Below, one piece after another: positions 21,088 through 29,998 of a stretch of 64,000 nucleotides of DNA. Both the position numbers and the translations under genes were made by a program. The stretch comes from an uncultured Bacteroides sp. (GTDB taxonomy: Bacteria; Bacteroidota; Bacteroidia; Bacteroidales; SM23-62). The stretch is taken from assembly GCA_964431315.1 (NCBI GenBank), contig CAYSJH010000008.1, positions 17,561-81,560 of the forward strand, read 5' to 3'. Position 1 is the first letter of the stretch. Every line of letters starts with the position of its first letter. The notes beneath the pieces are model-generated. The model saw only the letters and a program-made list of their open reading frames with translations. It was not told the DNA's origin and did no database searches.

Positions 21088-21531
21088 CTAAAATTGAATT
21101 TGAACTTTTGTTGATGTTATTTCTGTGAATTTCAGATCGAGGGATTCGGGTTTTGCTCCCTTTTTCCCTGCCGGCACTTCAAGCTGGATCCCTTCCCTGT
21201 CCGATTCCTTCAGTAACCCGAGAACCCGCCTCCCGTCAAGGAACTGCACGGAAACCATCCTGCCGATGTTCTTGATGTATTGTTCAGGAACACGGAAAGG
21301 GGCATCCAGTCCCGGGGACGAAACCTCCAGGGAAAAATCCTCCCTGTCGCGGTCGAGCCTTTCCCCGAGAGCTCGGCTGATCCTGGCACAATCCTCAATC
21401 GTTATCCCCTCCATCGTATCCACGTGCACAAGGATCCTGTTGCCGGGGTCTACCCGGATATCGACCTGGAAAATCCCCGTTCCACTTAGGACCTCCTGCA
21501 AAATGGCTTCCAATGTTGGCCTGTCAATCAT
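21088..21531 (-). CDS. rimP: Ribosome maturation factor RimP
   Basis: 147 aa, immediately upstream of nusA-infB in the canonical operon order. SSPGLDAPF motif. Confidence 0.9.
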   Translation of the reverse strand: MIDRPTLEAILQEVLSGTGIFQVDIRVDPGNRILVHVDTMEGITIEDCARISRALGERLDRDREDFSLEVSSPGLDAPFRVPEQYIKNIGRMVSVQFLDGRRVLGLLKESDREGIQLEVPAGKKGAKPESLDLKFTEITSTKVQIQF

Positions 21532-21546
21532 ATCAGTTTAATAAAA

Positions 21547-21566
21547 TAGGGGACTCGCGTCCCCTA
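21547..21566 (-). other. 8-bp stem / 4-nt loop hairpin 16 nt upstream of the rimP start
   Basis: TAGGGGAC-TCGC-GTCCCCTA. On the minus strand it is followed by TTTTAT. It could be a leader attenuator or terminator element, or the 3' end of a transcript coming from the palindromic element. Confidence 0.35.
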
Positions 21567-21611
21567 CATCATCCTGTAATCCGGGCGCAAATGTAATAAA
21601 AAACAATCACA

Positions 21612-21900
21612 TCTCAAAATTCCATGATTCTACTGCACCCAGGCTTTAATATTTGAATACCCTTGGTATCTTTTAAACCGGTGCTTCAAAATTTCCGTGT
21701 AATACCGAAGGCATTGTCAAATGAGTAACATACTTTTTGCCGCAGGCAAAAATCCGAGACGAATTGATAATGCCTGAGGTATGGAATTTTCACAGGCGCC
21801 TTGTTTAAAAATACCTCCGGCAATGATTTCAAATATTAAAGCCTGGGTTGGTATCACGGCCGATAATGATTACCTTAAGCTCGCTTATGGAATTTTGAGA
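21612..21900. repeat. Nested palindromic element, copy 1 (conserved core 21671-21812)
   Basis: The core is ~88% identical by hand alignment to 34470-34612. The central hairpin TTTTTGCC-GCA-GGCAAAAA lies at 21734-21752. Locus-specific perfect inverted repeats lie at 21637-21657/21828-21848 (21 bp) and 21612-21625/21887-21900 (14 bp). Confidence 0.9.
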
Positions 21901-23198
21901 TGAGACCCCCTCCGGCCAATAAGAAAAAAATCATCAATGACCCGGTTTACGGATTCATAAAAATCGCTTCAGAGGAACATTTTGACCTGATTGAACATCC
22001 TTATTTTCAGAGGCTTCGCAGGATTAAACAACTGGGACTCACGAATTTCGTCTACCCCGGGGCCACACACACCCGGTTCCAGCATGCCCTGGGAGCCTAT
22101 CATCTCATGGGACTGGCGATACAGGTGCTCCGGACAAAGGACATCGAAATCACACGGGAGGAAGAAGAAGCAGCGCTTGCGGCAATCCTGCTTCACGACA
22201 TTGGCCACGGTCCCTTTTCCCATGCCCTTGAAGGGAGCATCATTGAAGGCCTTCACCACGAAGAACTCTCGCTTCTTTTCATACATGCACTGAATGTTGA
22301 ATTCGGGGGACGGCTGAATCTTGCCATTGAGATCTTCACGGGAAGCTACCAGAAGAAATTCCTGCACCAGCTGATCGCGGGACAGCTCGATATGGACCGG
22401 CTGGATTACCTGAAAAGAGACAGCTTCTTTACCGGCGTTACAGAAGGAGTTATCGGCTCTGACCGGATCGTACGGATGCTGAATGTTGTCGATGACGACC
22501 TTGTGGTGGATCACAAGGGGATCTACTCCATTGAAAAGTTCCTGATTGCCAGGAGGTTGATGTACTGGCAGGTTTACCTGCACAAAACGGTGCTTGCCTC
22601 GGAGGTCCTGCTGGTGAACATCCTGAAGCGGGCCAGGATGCTCGCGATGAACGGTACTGGGTTATTCGCCACCCCGGCGCTTGGGCATTTTCTGAAATCG
22701 CTGGTGTCAAGGGAGGATTTCTACGGCGAGGATACCTTGCCCGGGATCATACCTGAGATCAGTCCCGCTTTATTAAAGAACCTGAACCTGTTTGCCAGCC
22801 TCGACGACAACGATATCATTGCCTCTGCCAAAGTCTGGTGCGATCATCCCGATAAAACCCTTTCCATCCTGAGTAAAGGCCTTATAAACAGATCCCTGTA
22901 TAAGATCGAGATCCGGAACGAGGAATTTTCACCAGAATATGTCCGGGAGATCCGGGAAGGGGTAAGCAGGCGTTACGGGCTGGCGGACGAGGACCTGGAA
23001 TTCCTGGTCCATCTGGGTTCGGTGAGCAACAATGCATACCGTTCGGAGGACGAACGGATCCGGATCCTCTACCACGGAGGAATTCTCAAAGACATCGCAG
23101 AAGCTTCCGATATGCTGGACCTGTCCGTTCTGTCAAGGACCGTGAAAAAAAATTTCCTGTGTTATCCCAAGGATGCCCTGGAAGCGGGCCCCGAATAA
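21900..23198 (+). CDS. HD-domain metal-dependent phosphohydrolase (dGTPase/SAMHD1-like superfamily)
   Basis: 432 aa. HD motifs HTRFQHALGAYH and LLHDIGHGPFSH, plus DRLDYLKRD. It is the first gene of a same-strand block with lpxD, lpxC/fabZ and lpxA. Confidence 0.85.
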   Translation: MRPPPANKKKIINDPVYGFIKIASEEHFDLIEHPYFQRLRRIKQLGLTNFVYPGATHTRFQHALGAYHLMGLAIQVLRTKDIEITREEEEAALAAILLHDIGHGPFSHALEGSIIEGLHHEELSLLFIHALNVEFGGRLNLAIEIFTGSYQKKFLHQLIAGQLDMDRLDYLKRDSFFTGVTEGVIGSDRIVRMLNVVDDDLVVDHKGIYSIEKFLIARRLMYWQVYLHKTVLASEVLLVNILKRARMLAMNGTGLFATPALGHFLKSLVSREDFYGEDTLPGIIPEISPALLKNLNLFASLDDNDIIASAKVWCDHPDKTLSILSKGLINRSLYKIEIRNEEFSPEYVREIREGVSRRYGLADEDLEFLVHLGSVSNNAYRSEDERIRILYHGGILKDIAEASDMLDLSVLSRTVKKNFLCYPKDALEAGPE

Positions 23199-23238
23199 TT
23201 GCTCTAATTAATTACTTTTGTGACCAAATTGAATACCG

Positions 23239-24279
23239 ATGGAATTTACCGCACAACAAATTGCCGCATTCCTGGACGGAACGGTTGAAGGCGATGAAAA
23301 TGCCAGGGTCAGCAACGTCTCGAAAATAGAGGAGGGAAAGCCGGGTACGCTTGCATTCCTGGCCAATCCTAAATACCAGAAATACATCTATGATACGCAG
23401 GCATCCATAGTGCTGGTAAGCAGGGATTTTAAACTTGACCGTAAAGTCGGTGCCACCCTGATCCGCGTCAAGGATGCCTACCAGGCATTCGCAAACCTGC
23501 TGGACCTGTATGAGCAGTCCAAACCCAGGAAATCAGGGATAAGCAGCCTGGCAAGTATTGCTCCCTCGGCCAGGACCGGCGAAGATCTTTTCATCGGGGA
23601 TTTTGCATTCATAGGGGAAAACGCCACCATAGGCAGCAGGGTCCAGATCCATCCCCAGGTCTTCATCGGGGATGATGTCACCATCGGGGACAATACCATT
23701 CTTTACCCCGGTGTGAAAGTGCTCAAGGAATGCATCATCGGTGAGAACTGCGTGATCCATGCGGGAACGGTCATCGGGTCGGACGGATTCGGTTTTGCCC
23801 TGGAGCAGGATTCTGAATCGAGAAGAAAAGTACCCCAGGTCGGGAATGTGATCATCGGGAACGATGTTGAAATCGGGGCAAACGTCACCATCGACAGGGC
23901 CACCATGGGTTCCACACGGATCGGGAACGGCGTGAAGATGGATAACCTGATCCAGATTGCCCATAACGTGGAGATCGGGGAAAACACGGTCGTGGTTGCC
24001 CAGGCAGGGATTGCAGGTTCAACCAAGGTCGGTATGAATGTGATCATCGCCGCCCAGGCGGGGATCGTTGGACACCTGACCATTGGCGACGGGGCCATCA
24101 TCGGGGGCCAGGCAGGGGTCCCGAATAATCTCAAGGAAAAAGAGATCGTCCTGGGCTCTCCCGCCTTTGATATTCGCGAATTCAAGAGGTCCGCTGCCGT
24201 GTTCAAGAAACTCCCGGAAATGTACCGTAAGGTCAACCAGATGGAAAGGGAATGGAAAGAAAAGTTCAAATCCGGATAG
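23239..24279 (+). CDS. lpxD: UDP-3-O-(3-hydroxyacyl)glucosamine N-acyltransferase
   Basis: 346 aa. The LpxD N-terminal domain ([12 protein letters not shown]) is followed by a long left-handed beta-helix of hexapeptide repeats. Confidence 0.92.
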   Translation: MEFTAQQIAAFLDGTVEGDENARVSNVSKIEEGKPGTLAFLANPKYQKYIYDTQASIVLVSRDFKLDRKVGATLIRVKDAYQAFANLLDLYEQSKPRKSGISSLASIAPSARTGEDLFIGDFAFIGENATIGSRVQIHPQVFIGDDVTIGDNTILYPGVKVLKECIIGENCVIHAGTVIGSDGFGFALEQDSESRRKVPQVGNVIIGNDVEIGANVTIDRATMGSTRIGNGVKMDNLIQIAHNVEIGENTVVVAQAGIAGSTKVGMNVIIAAQAGIVGHLTIGDGAIIGGQAGVPNNLKEKEIVLGSPAFDIREFKRSAAVFKKLPEMYRKVNQMEREWKEKFKSG

Positions 24280-24366
24280 TCGCCAGGGGTATTTTTTGAC
24301 GCATGAACAGATTTACTTAATTTTTGTATCTTTCTGGACCAAAATTCAACCGCAATTGAGGGGAAC

Positions 24367-25764
24367 ATGACTGAAAACCAGAAAACTGTTAAAAAACCTT
24401 TAAGCTTCAGCGGCTGGGGACTGCATACTGGTGTTGAAGTCAAACTCACCCTGGCCCCTGCACCCGAAAATAATGGTTACCAGTTTATCCGCACGGACCT
24501 GAACGACCGTCCGGTCATAAAAGCAATCGCTGAAAACGTTGTAGAGACAAGTCGGGGCACCACCCTGGAGGAAAACGGCGTGCGGGTTTCAACCGTTGAA
24601 CATGTGCTGGCTGCCTGCGTCGGCAGCGGGATTGACAATATCAACATCGAACTTAACGGTCCGGAAGCGCCGATCCTCGATGGTAGCTCGATCGTATATG
24701 CCGAGGCCATAGCCAGGGCCGGCCTCAAAGACCTTAAGAGTCCCAGGAATATTTACCGGATCGAAGAAAAGATCGAATACCGGGACGAGGAACACGGCAT
24801 TGAACTGATTGCTTACCCCGACGATAAGTTAAGCATCGATGTAAAAATCGACTATAATTCGAAAGTCCTCGGCTTCCAGTACGCAAACCTGGATGACCTG
24901 AAAGATTTCAATAAGGAGATAGCCCCTGCCAGGACTTTTGTTTTCCTGCACGAACTCGAATTCCTTTTAAAGAACAACCTGATCAAGGGAGGAGACCTGG
25001 ACAATGCCATTGTTATCATCGACCGTAAAGTCACCCAGGCTGAACTCGACCATCTTGCCGAACTTTTCAAAAAACCTAAGGTAAAAGTGCAGCCCGAAGG
25101 CATCCTGAACAACGTTAACCTGAATTTCAGCAATGAGCCGGCGCGGCATAAGCTGCTTGACATACTCGGCGACCTTGCACTGGTGGGCCAGCCTATCCAA
25201 GGCAAGATCATTGCCACCAGGCCCGGCCATTATGCCAACAACCAGTTCGCAAGGCTGATCCGGAGCAAGATCAAGAAGGACAAGCTGAAAACAAAGGCCC
25301 CGAAGTACGATTTCAACAATCCCGTTTACGACATCAACCAAATCAAAAAGATACTTCCACACCGGTATCCTTTCCTGATGCTCGACAGGGTGTTGCACCT
25401 TGACGACAAATCGGTTGTCGGATTGAAAAACGTATCGGTCAACGAACCTTTCTTTCATGGACATTTCCCCCAGGAACCCGTGATGCCCGGGGTACTGCAG
25501 GTTGAAGCCATGGCCCAGGTAGGGGGGATCCTTGTCCTTAATACTGTGCCCGACCCGGAACACTACGCCACCTACTTCCTGAAGATCGATAATGTGAAAT
25601 TCAGGGGAAAGGTAGTACCGGGTGATACACTGATCATCAAAGCAGACCTGATGGAACCCATCCGCAGGGGAATTGCACATATGTTCGGACAGGTATTCGT
25701 GGGGGACAACCTGGTTTCCGAAGGAGAACTGATGGCCCAGATTGTAAAAGAATATACGGAGTAA
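24367..25764 (+). CDS. lpxC: Bifunctional UDP-3-O-acyl-GlcNAc deacetylase / 3-hydroxyacyl-ACP dehydratase (LpxC/FabZ fusion)
   Basis: 465 aa. The LpxC part carries HKLLDILGDLAL and TRPGH. The FabZ hot-dog part carries FFHGHFPQEPVMPGVLQVEAMAQ. This fusion is typical of Bacteroidota. Confidence 0.95.
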   Translation: MTENQKTVKKPLSFSGWGLHTGVEVKLTLAPAPENNGYQFIRTDLNDRPVIKAIAENVVETSRGTTLEENGVRVSTVEHVLAACVGSGIDNINIELNGPEAPILDGSSIVYAEAIARAGLKDLKSPRNIYRIEEKIEYRDEEHGIELIAYPDDKLSIDVKIDYNSKVLGFQYANLDDLKDFNKEIAPARTFVFLHELEFLLKNNLIKGGDLDNAIVIIDRKVTQAELDHLAELFKKPKVKVQPEGILNNVNLNFSNEPARHKLLDILGDLALVGQPIQGKIIATRPGHYANNQFARLIRSKIKKDKLKTKAPKYDFNNPVYDINQIKKILPHRYPFLMLDRVLHLDDKSVVGLKNVSVNEPFFHGHFPQEPVMPGVLQVEAMAQVGGILVLNTVPDPEHYATYFLKIDNVKFRGKVVPGDTLIIKADLMEPIRRGIAHMFGQVFVGDNLVSEGELMAQIVKEYTE

Positions 25765-25765
25765 T

Positions 25766-26557
25766 ATGAACCCTCTCCAGGCAAATATTCATCCCGGGGC
25801 TAAAATTGGCGATGGCGTTATCGTTGAACCCTTTGCCACCATTTACGAGGATGTTGAGATCGGTGAAAGTTCCTGGATCGGACCCAATGCGGTAATTATG
25901 GACGGTGCCAGGCTGGGGAAGAACTGTAAGATATTCCCGGGAGCGGTGATCTCGGCCATCCCGCAGGACATGAAATACGAGGGCGAGAAGACCACCGTGG
26001 TGATCGGAGATAACACGACCATACGGGAATTTGTCACCATTAACAAGGGAACAAAAGCAAAAGGCAGCACCACCATCGGCAACAACTCCCTGATCATGGC
26101 CTATGTCCACGTAGCCCACGATTGCAGGATCGGCAACAATGTGATTCTGGTCAACAGCGCCGCGCTTGGCGGGGAAGTGAATATCGATGACTTTGCCATT
26201 GTCAGCGGGGCTTCCCTTATCCACCAGTTCTGCCGGATCGGCAAACATGCCATGCTGCAGGGCGGATCGCGTGTAGGGAAAGACGTCCCACCTTATATTA
26301 CGGCCGGGAGGATACCTCTGGCTTACGAGGGACTAAATTTCATCGGGCTTAAACGCAGGGGATTCACACCCGAGAAGATCAACGAGATCAAGGAGATTTA
26401 CCGAATCATTTACCACAGGGGCTTTAACAACACCCAGGCCAGGGAATACATTGAAAAAAATTTCCCGCCATCCGAGGAACGCGATGAGATCGTCGGGTTT
26501 ATGAGGGAATCGAAAAGGGGACTGATCAAGGGATCCATCGGCGGGGAGGAAGATTAA
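25766..26557 (+). CDS. lpxA: Acyl-ACP--UDP-N-acetylglucosamine O-acyltransferase
   Basis: 263 aa. Hexapeptide-repeat beta-helix plus the LpxA C-terminal helical domain (GLNFIGLKRRGF). It starts 2 nt after the lpxC/fabZ stop. Confidence 0.92.
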   Translation: MNPLQANIHPGAKIGDGVIVEPFATIYEDVEIGESSWIGPNAVIMDGARLGKNCKIFPGAVISAIPQDMKYEGEKTTVVIGDNTTIREFVTINKGTKAKGSTTIGNNSLIMAYVHVAHDCRIGNNVILVNSAALGGEVNIDDFAIVSGASLIHQFCRIGKHAMLQGGSRVGKDVPPYITAGRIPLAYEGLNFIGLKRRGFTPEKINEIKEIYRIIYHRGFNNTQAREYIEKNFPPSEERDEIVGFMRESKRGLIKGSIGGEED

Positions 26558-26571
26558 TCCCCTGGTGCATT

Positions 26572-27612
26572 TCAATCCAGCGCATTCCAGCCCTGCGCCT
26601 GCAATTCCATTTCCGCACCCTGGTCTGTAACGAATTTATATCCCGTACCGGCCCCGGTTATATGCCCGATCATGGACACATCCTTCATGGCTTTCACCCG
26701 GTCATGCATGCCCAGGGGAAGGGTAAAAAGCAGTTCGTAATCCTCTCCCCCGTTCAGCGCGGCAATAAAGGGTTCGATGTTCATTTCCCTGGCCGCCCTT
26801 GCCGTCTCCTGGTCGATCGGGATCCTGTCCTGGAAGATCCGGCAACCCTGGCTGCTCTGCCTGCATATGTGAAGCAGGTCCGATGACAATCCGTCTGAAA
26901 TGTCGATCATGGCATGGGGTACGATGCCGAGTTCCCTGAAGGATTCGATGATATCCCTGCGGGCTTCGGGTTTGAGCTGCCTCGAAAGGATGTACTCATG
27001 GCCCGCGATGTCGGGCTGAACGCCCGAAGAAGATTCCTCGAAGAGCCGCCGCTCCCTTTCCAGGAGCTGAAGTCCCATGTACGATGCACCCAAATTACCT
27101 GAAACGCAGATCAGATCATTCAGCCTGGCGGTATTCCGGTATACCGTTTTTCCCTTCTCTGCTTCACCCACCGCCACCACGCTCAGGGTGAGTCCCGTTA
27201 CAGATGACGTGGTGTCCCCACCTACCAGGTCAACCCCGTAGGTTTCACAGGCAAGCCTGATCCCACCGTACAGCTCCTCCATGGCCTCGAGTGAAAATTT
27301 TCCGGAAACCGCCACGGAAACAAGTACCTGCCTGGGAGTGGCATTCATTGCATAAACATCCGAAAGGTTCACGGTGACTGCCTTGTAACCAAGGTGTTTG
27401 AGAGGAGTATATACCAGGTTGAAATGGATACCTTCCACGAGAAGGTCCGTGGTCACAACCATTTCTTTCCCCCGGTAATCGAGCAGAGCCGCATCGTCAC
27501 CCACCCCCTTCAGGCTGCTTTTGTTCCTGAGGATAAAGTCCCTCGTCAGCCTGTCAATCAGTCCGAATTCCCCGAGTTCAGACAGCGGAGTTACTTTTTT
27601 CTTCTCACTCAT
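26572..27612 (-). CDS. thiL: Thiamine-monophosphate kinase
   Basis: 346 aa with AIR-synthase-related fold motifs: GVGDDAALL near the N-terminus, DLLVEGIHF and GGDTT. Confidence 0.88.
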   Translation of the reverse strand: MSEKKKVTPLSELGEFGLIDRLTRDFILRNKSSLKGVGDDAALLDYRGKEMVVTTDLLVEGIHFNLVYTPLKHLGYKAVTVNLSDVYAMNATPRQVLVSVAVSGKFSLEAMEELYGGIRLACETYGVDLVGGDTTSSVTGLTLSVVAVGEAEKGKTVYRNTARLNDLICVSGNLGASYMGLQLLERERRLFEESSSGVQPDIAGHEYILSRQLKPEARRDIIESFRELGIVPHAMIDISDGLSSDLLHICRQSSQGCRIFQDRIPIDQETARAAREMNIEPFIAALNGGEDYELLFTLPLGMHDRVKAMKDVSMIGHITGAGTGYKFVTDQGAEMELQAQGWNALD

Positions 27613-27646
27613 GTCTCAGATTATGGTCAAATTTAATACTTTTATG

Positions 27647-27654
27647 TATCTTTG
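27647..27654 (+). promoter_or_regulatory. Candidate -7 promoter box (TATCTTTG) for the suf operon
   Basis: Exact TAnnTTTG match, 61 nt upstream of the sufB ATG, in the thiL/sufB divergent gap. Confidence 0.4.
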
Positions 27655-27714
27655 TCCTTATTTGGAATAAATCTAAATAAGCACAAGGGCGATCTGAAAA
27701 AGGGAGGATGAAAA

Positions 27715-29163
27715 ATGGAAAATAAGCAGGACGAAGTCATACGGGAGGTAACCCAGAACGAATATAAATACGGATTCCATAGCGATATTGAAACCGACAC
27801 CATCCCCAAAGGCCTTAATGAAGACGTAATCCGGTTGATCTCGGCTAAAAAGGAGGAGCCGGAATGGCTTCTTGAGTTCAGGCTCAAGGCCTATGCCCAG
27901 TGGAAGAAGATGAGCATGCCCCACTGGGCCCACCTCGAGATCCCGGAAATCGATTACCAGGACATCATTTATTACGCAGCCCCAAAACAGAAAATCGGGC
28001 CCGATAGCCTTGACGATGTGGATCCCGAACTCAGGGCCACGTTCGATAAGCTCGGTATCCCCCTGGATGAGCAGAAACACCTGACCGGGATGGCGGTTGA
28101 TGCGGTCATGGACTCCGTTTCCGTAAAAACCACCTTTTCCGAAACGCTTGCCGAACTCGGGATAATTTTCTGTTCATTCAGCGAAGCGGTTAACAATCAT
28201 CCCGACCTGGTCAGGCAGTACCTGGGCAGCGTGGTTCCCTATACGGACAATTATTTTGCAACACTGAATTCGGCCGTTTTCTCCGACGGTTCATTCTGCT
28301 ACATTCCAAAAGGAGTCCGGTGCCCCATGGAACTTTCGACCTATTTCCGGATCAATGCGGCCAACACGGGACAGTTCGAGCGGACCCTTCTGGTTGCAGA
28401 CGATGAAAGTTATGTGAGCTACCTGGAGGGCTGCACAGCCCCCATGCGTGACGAGAATCAGCTGCATGCGGCAGTGGTTGAGATAGTCGCCCTGGAAAAG
28501 GCCCAGGTTAAATATTCCACCGTGCAGAACTGGTATCCGGGGGACAGGAACGGCAAAGGGGGGATATTTAATTTTGTGACCAAGCGTGGAATTTGCAAGG
28601 GAAATGACTCGAAGATCTCATGGACCCAGGTGGAGACCGGTTCGGCCATTACCTGGAAATACCCCAGCTGCATCCTGAAAGGACATAATTCGATTGGTGA
28701 GTTCTATTCGGTGGCCATCACCAATAATCACCAGCAGGCAGATACGGGGACCAAGATGATGCACATAGGCCGGAATACCCGCAGCACGATCATCTCTAAA
28801 GGGATTTCTGCGGGAAGAGGACAGAATTCTTACAGGGGACTGGTACGGATCCTGAAAACGGCTGTGAATGCAAGGAATTTCTCCCAGTGCGATTCGCTGC
28901 TGCTGGGGGACAAGTGCGGAGCCCATACCTTTCCCTACATCGAGACGGACAACAGTACGGCCATCGTCGAACACGAGGCCACAACCTCGAAAATAAGCGA
29001 GGATCAGATATTCTATTGCAACCAGCGGGGCATCGATACCGAAAAGGCTGTCGGGCTGATCGTAAACGGGTATGCCAGGGAAGTGCTCAATAAACTCCCG
29101 ATGGAATTTGCAGTCGAAGCACAGAAACTGCTGCAGATCTCCCTCGAAGGATCGGTCGGTTAG
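27715..29163 (+). CDS. sufB: Fe-S cluster assembly scaffold protein SufB
   Basis: 482 aa with highly conserved SufB sequence ([38 protein letters not shown]). Confidence 0.95.
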   Translation: MENKQDEVIREVTQNEYKYGFHSDIETDTIPKGLNEDVIRLISAKKEEPEWLLEFRLKAYAQWKKMSMPHWAHLEIPEIDYQDIIYYAAPKQKIGPDSLDDVDPELRATFDKLGIPLDEQKHLTGMAVDAVMDSVSVKTTFSETLAELGIIFCSFSEAVNNHPDLVRQYLGSVVPYTDNYFATLNSAVFSDGSFCYIPKGVRCPMELSTYFRINAANTGQFERTLLVADDESYVSYLEGCTAPMRDENQLHAAVVEIVALEKAQVKYSTVQNWYPGDRNGKGGIFNFVTKRGICKGNDSKISWTQVETGSAITWKYPSCILKGHNSIGEFYSVAITNNHQQADTGTKMMHIGRNTRSTIISKGISAGRGQNSYRGLVRILKTAVNARNFSQCDSLLLGDKCGAHTFPYIETDNSTAIVEHEATTSKISEDQIFYCNQRGIDTEKAVGLIVNGYAREVLNKLPMEFAVEAQKLLQISLEGSVG

Positions 29164-29236
29164 GGCTGTGCCGGATAGGATCAGGCATTCCGCCAAGGAC
29201 AATTTAAAGTGCAATTAAAAGGATCAATAAAGTAAA

Positions 29237-29998
29237 ATGTTATCAATTAAGGATTTAAGAGTAGCCATCGGGGGCAAGGAGATCCTCTTCGGGATCAATC
29301 TTGAGGTTAAGGCAGGCGAGGTGCATGCCATAATGGGACCGAACGGCTCGGGGAAGAGCACCCTTGCTCTGGCCCTTGCCGGAAGGGATCTGATCGACGT
29401 TATCCACGGATCGGTTAAATACATGGGGGAGAACCTGCTGGAAATGGACCCGGAAGAAAGGGCCAAAAAGGGGATCTTCCTGGGATTCCAGTATCCGGTG
29501 GAAATACCCGGGGTCAGCATGGTGAATTTTATGAAGACCGCCGTCAACGAGCAAAGGATCTACCAGGGGAAGGAACCCCTCTCGGCGGGCGATTTCCTCA
29601 AGTATATGCGTGAAAAGAAGGAACTGGTTGAATTTGATTCCCAGCTTACCAACCGTTCGGTGAACGAGGGATTCTCGGGCGGCGAAAAGAAAAAGAACGA
29701 GATTTTCCAGATGGCCTTGCTCGAACCGAAGCTGGCCATCCTGGATGAAACCGACAGCGGACTCGACATCGATGCCCTGAAGATCGTGGCCAAAGGGGTG
29801 AATGCCATGAAAAACAAGGACAAAGCAACCATCGTCATAACCCATTACCAGCGGCTGCTTGATTACATTGTTCCCGATCAGGTACACGTGCTGTTCCAGG
29901 GACGCATCGTCAAATCGAGCGGGAGGGAACTGGCCCTGGAACTGGAGGAGAAAGGATACGACTGGATAAAGGCCGAGGCTAACGGACACACACCATGA
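29237..29998 (+). CDS. sufC: Fe-S cluster assembly ATPase SufC
   Basis: 253 aa. Walker A GPNGSGKST, ABC signature FSGGEKKKNE and Walker B LAILDETDSGLD. Confidence 0.95.
   Translation: MLSIKDLRVAIGGKEILFGINLEVKAGEVHAIMGPNGSGKSTLALALAGRDLIDVIHGSVKYMGENLLEMDPEERAKKGIFLGFQYPVEIPGVSMVNFMKTAVNEQRIYQGKEPLSAGDFLKYMREKKELVEFDSQLTNRSVNEGFSGGEKKKNEIFQMALLEPKLAILDETDSGLDIDALKIVAKGVNAMKNKDKATIVITHYQRLLDYIVPDQVHVLFQGRIVKSSGRELALELEEKGYDWIKAEANGHTP

Noticed and set aside
27708-27725. 5-codon uORF (ATG AAA AAT GGA AAA TAA) overlapping the sufB start out of frame
   Set aside because: It is very short and sits in an A-rich leader, with no duplication or other supporting structure. It is most simply a chance ATG 7 nt upstream of the real start. 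I note it only because two other start-region uORFs exist in the window.
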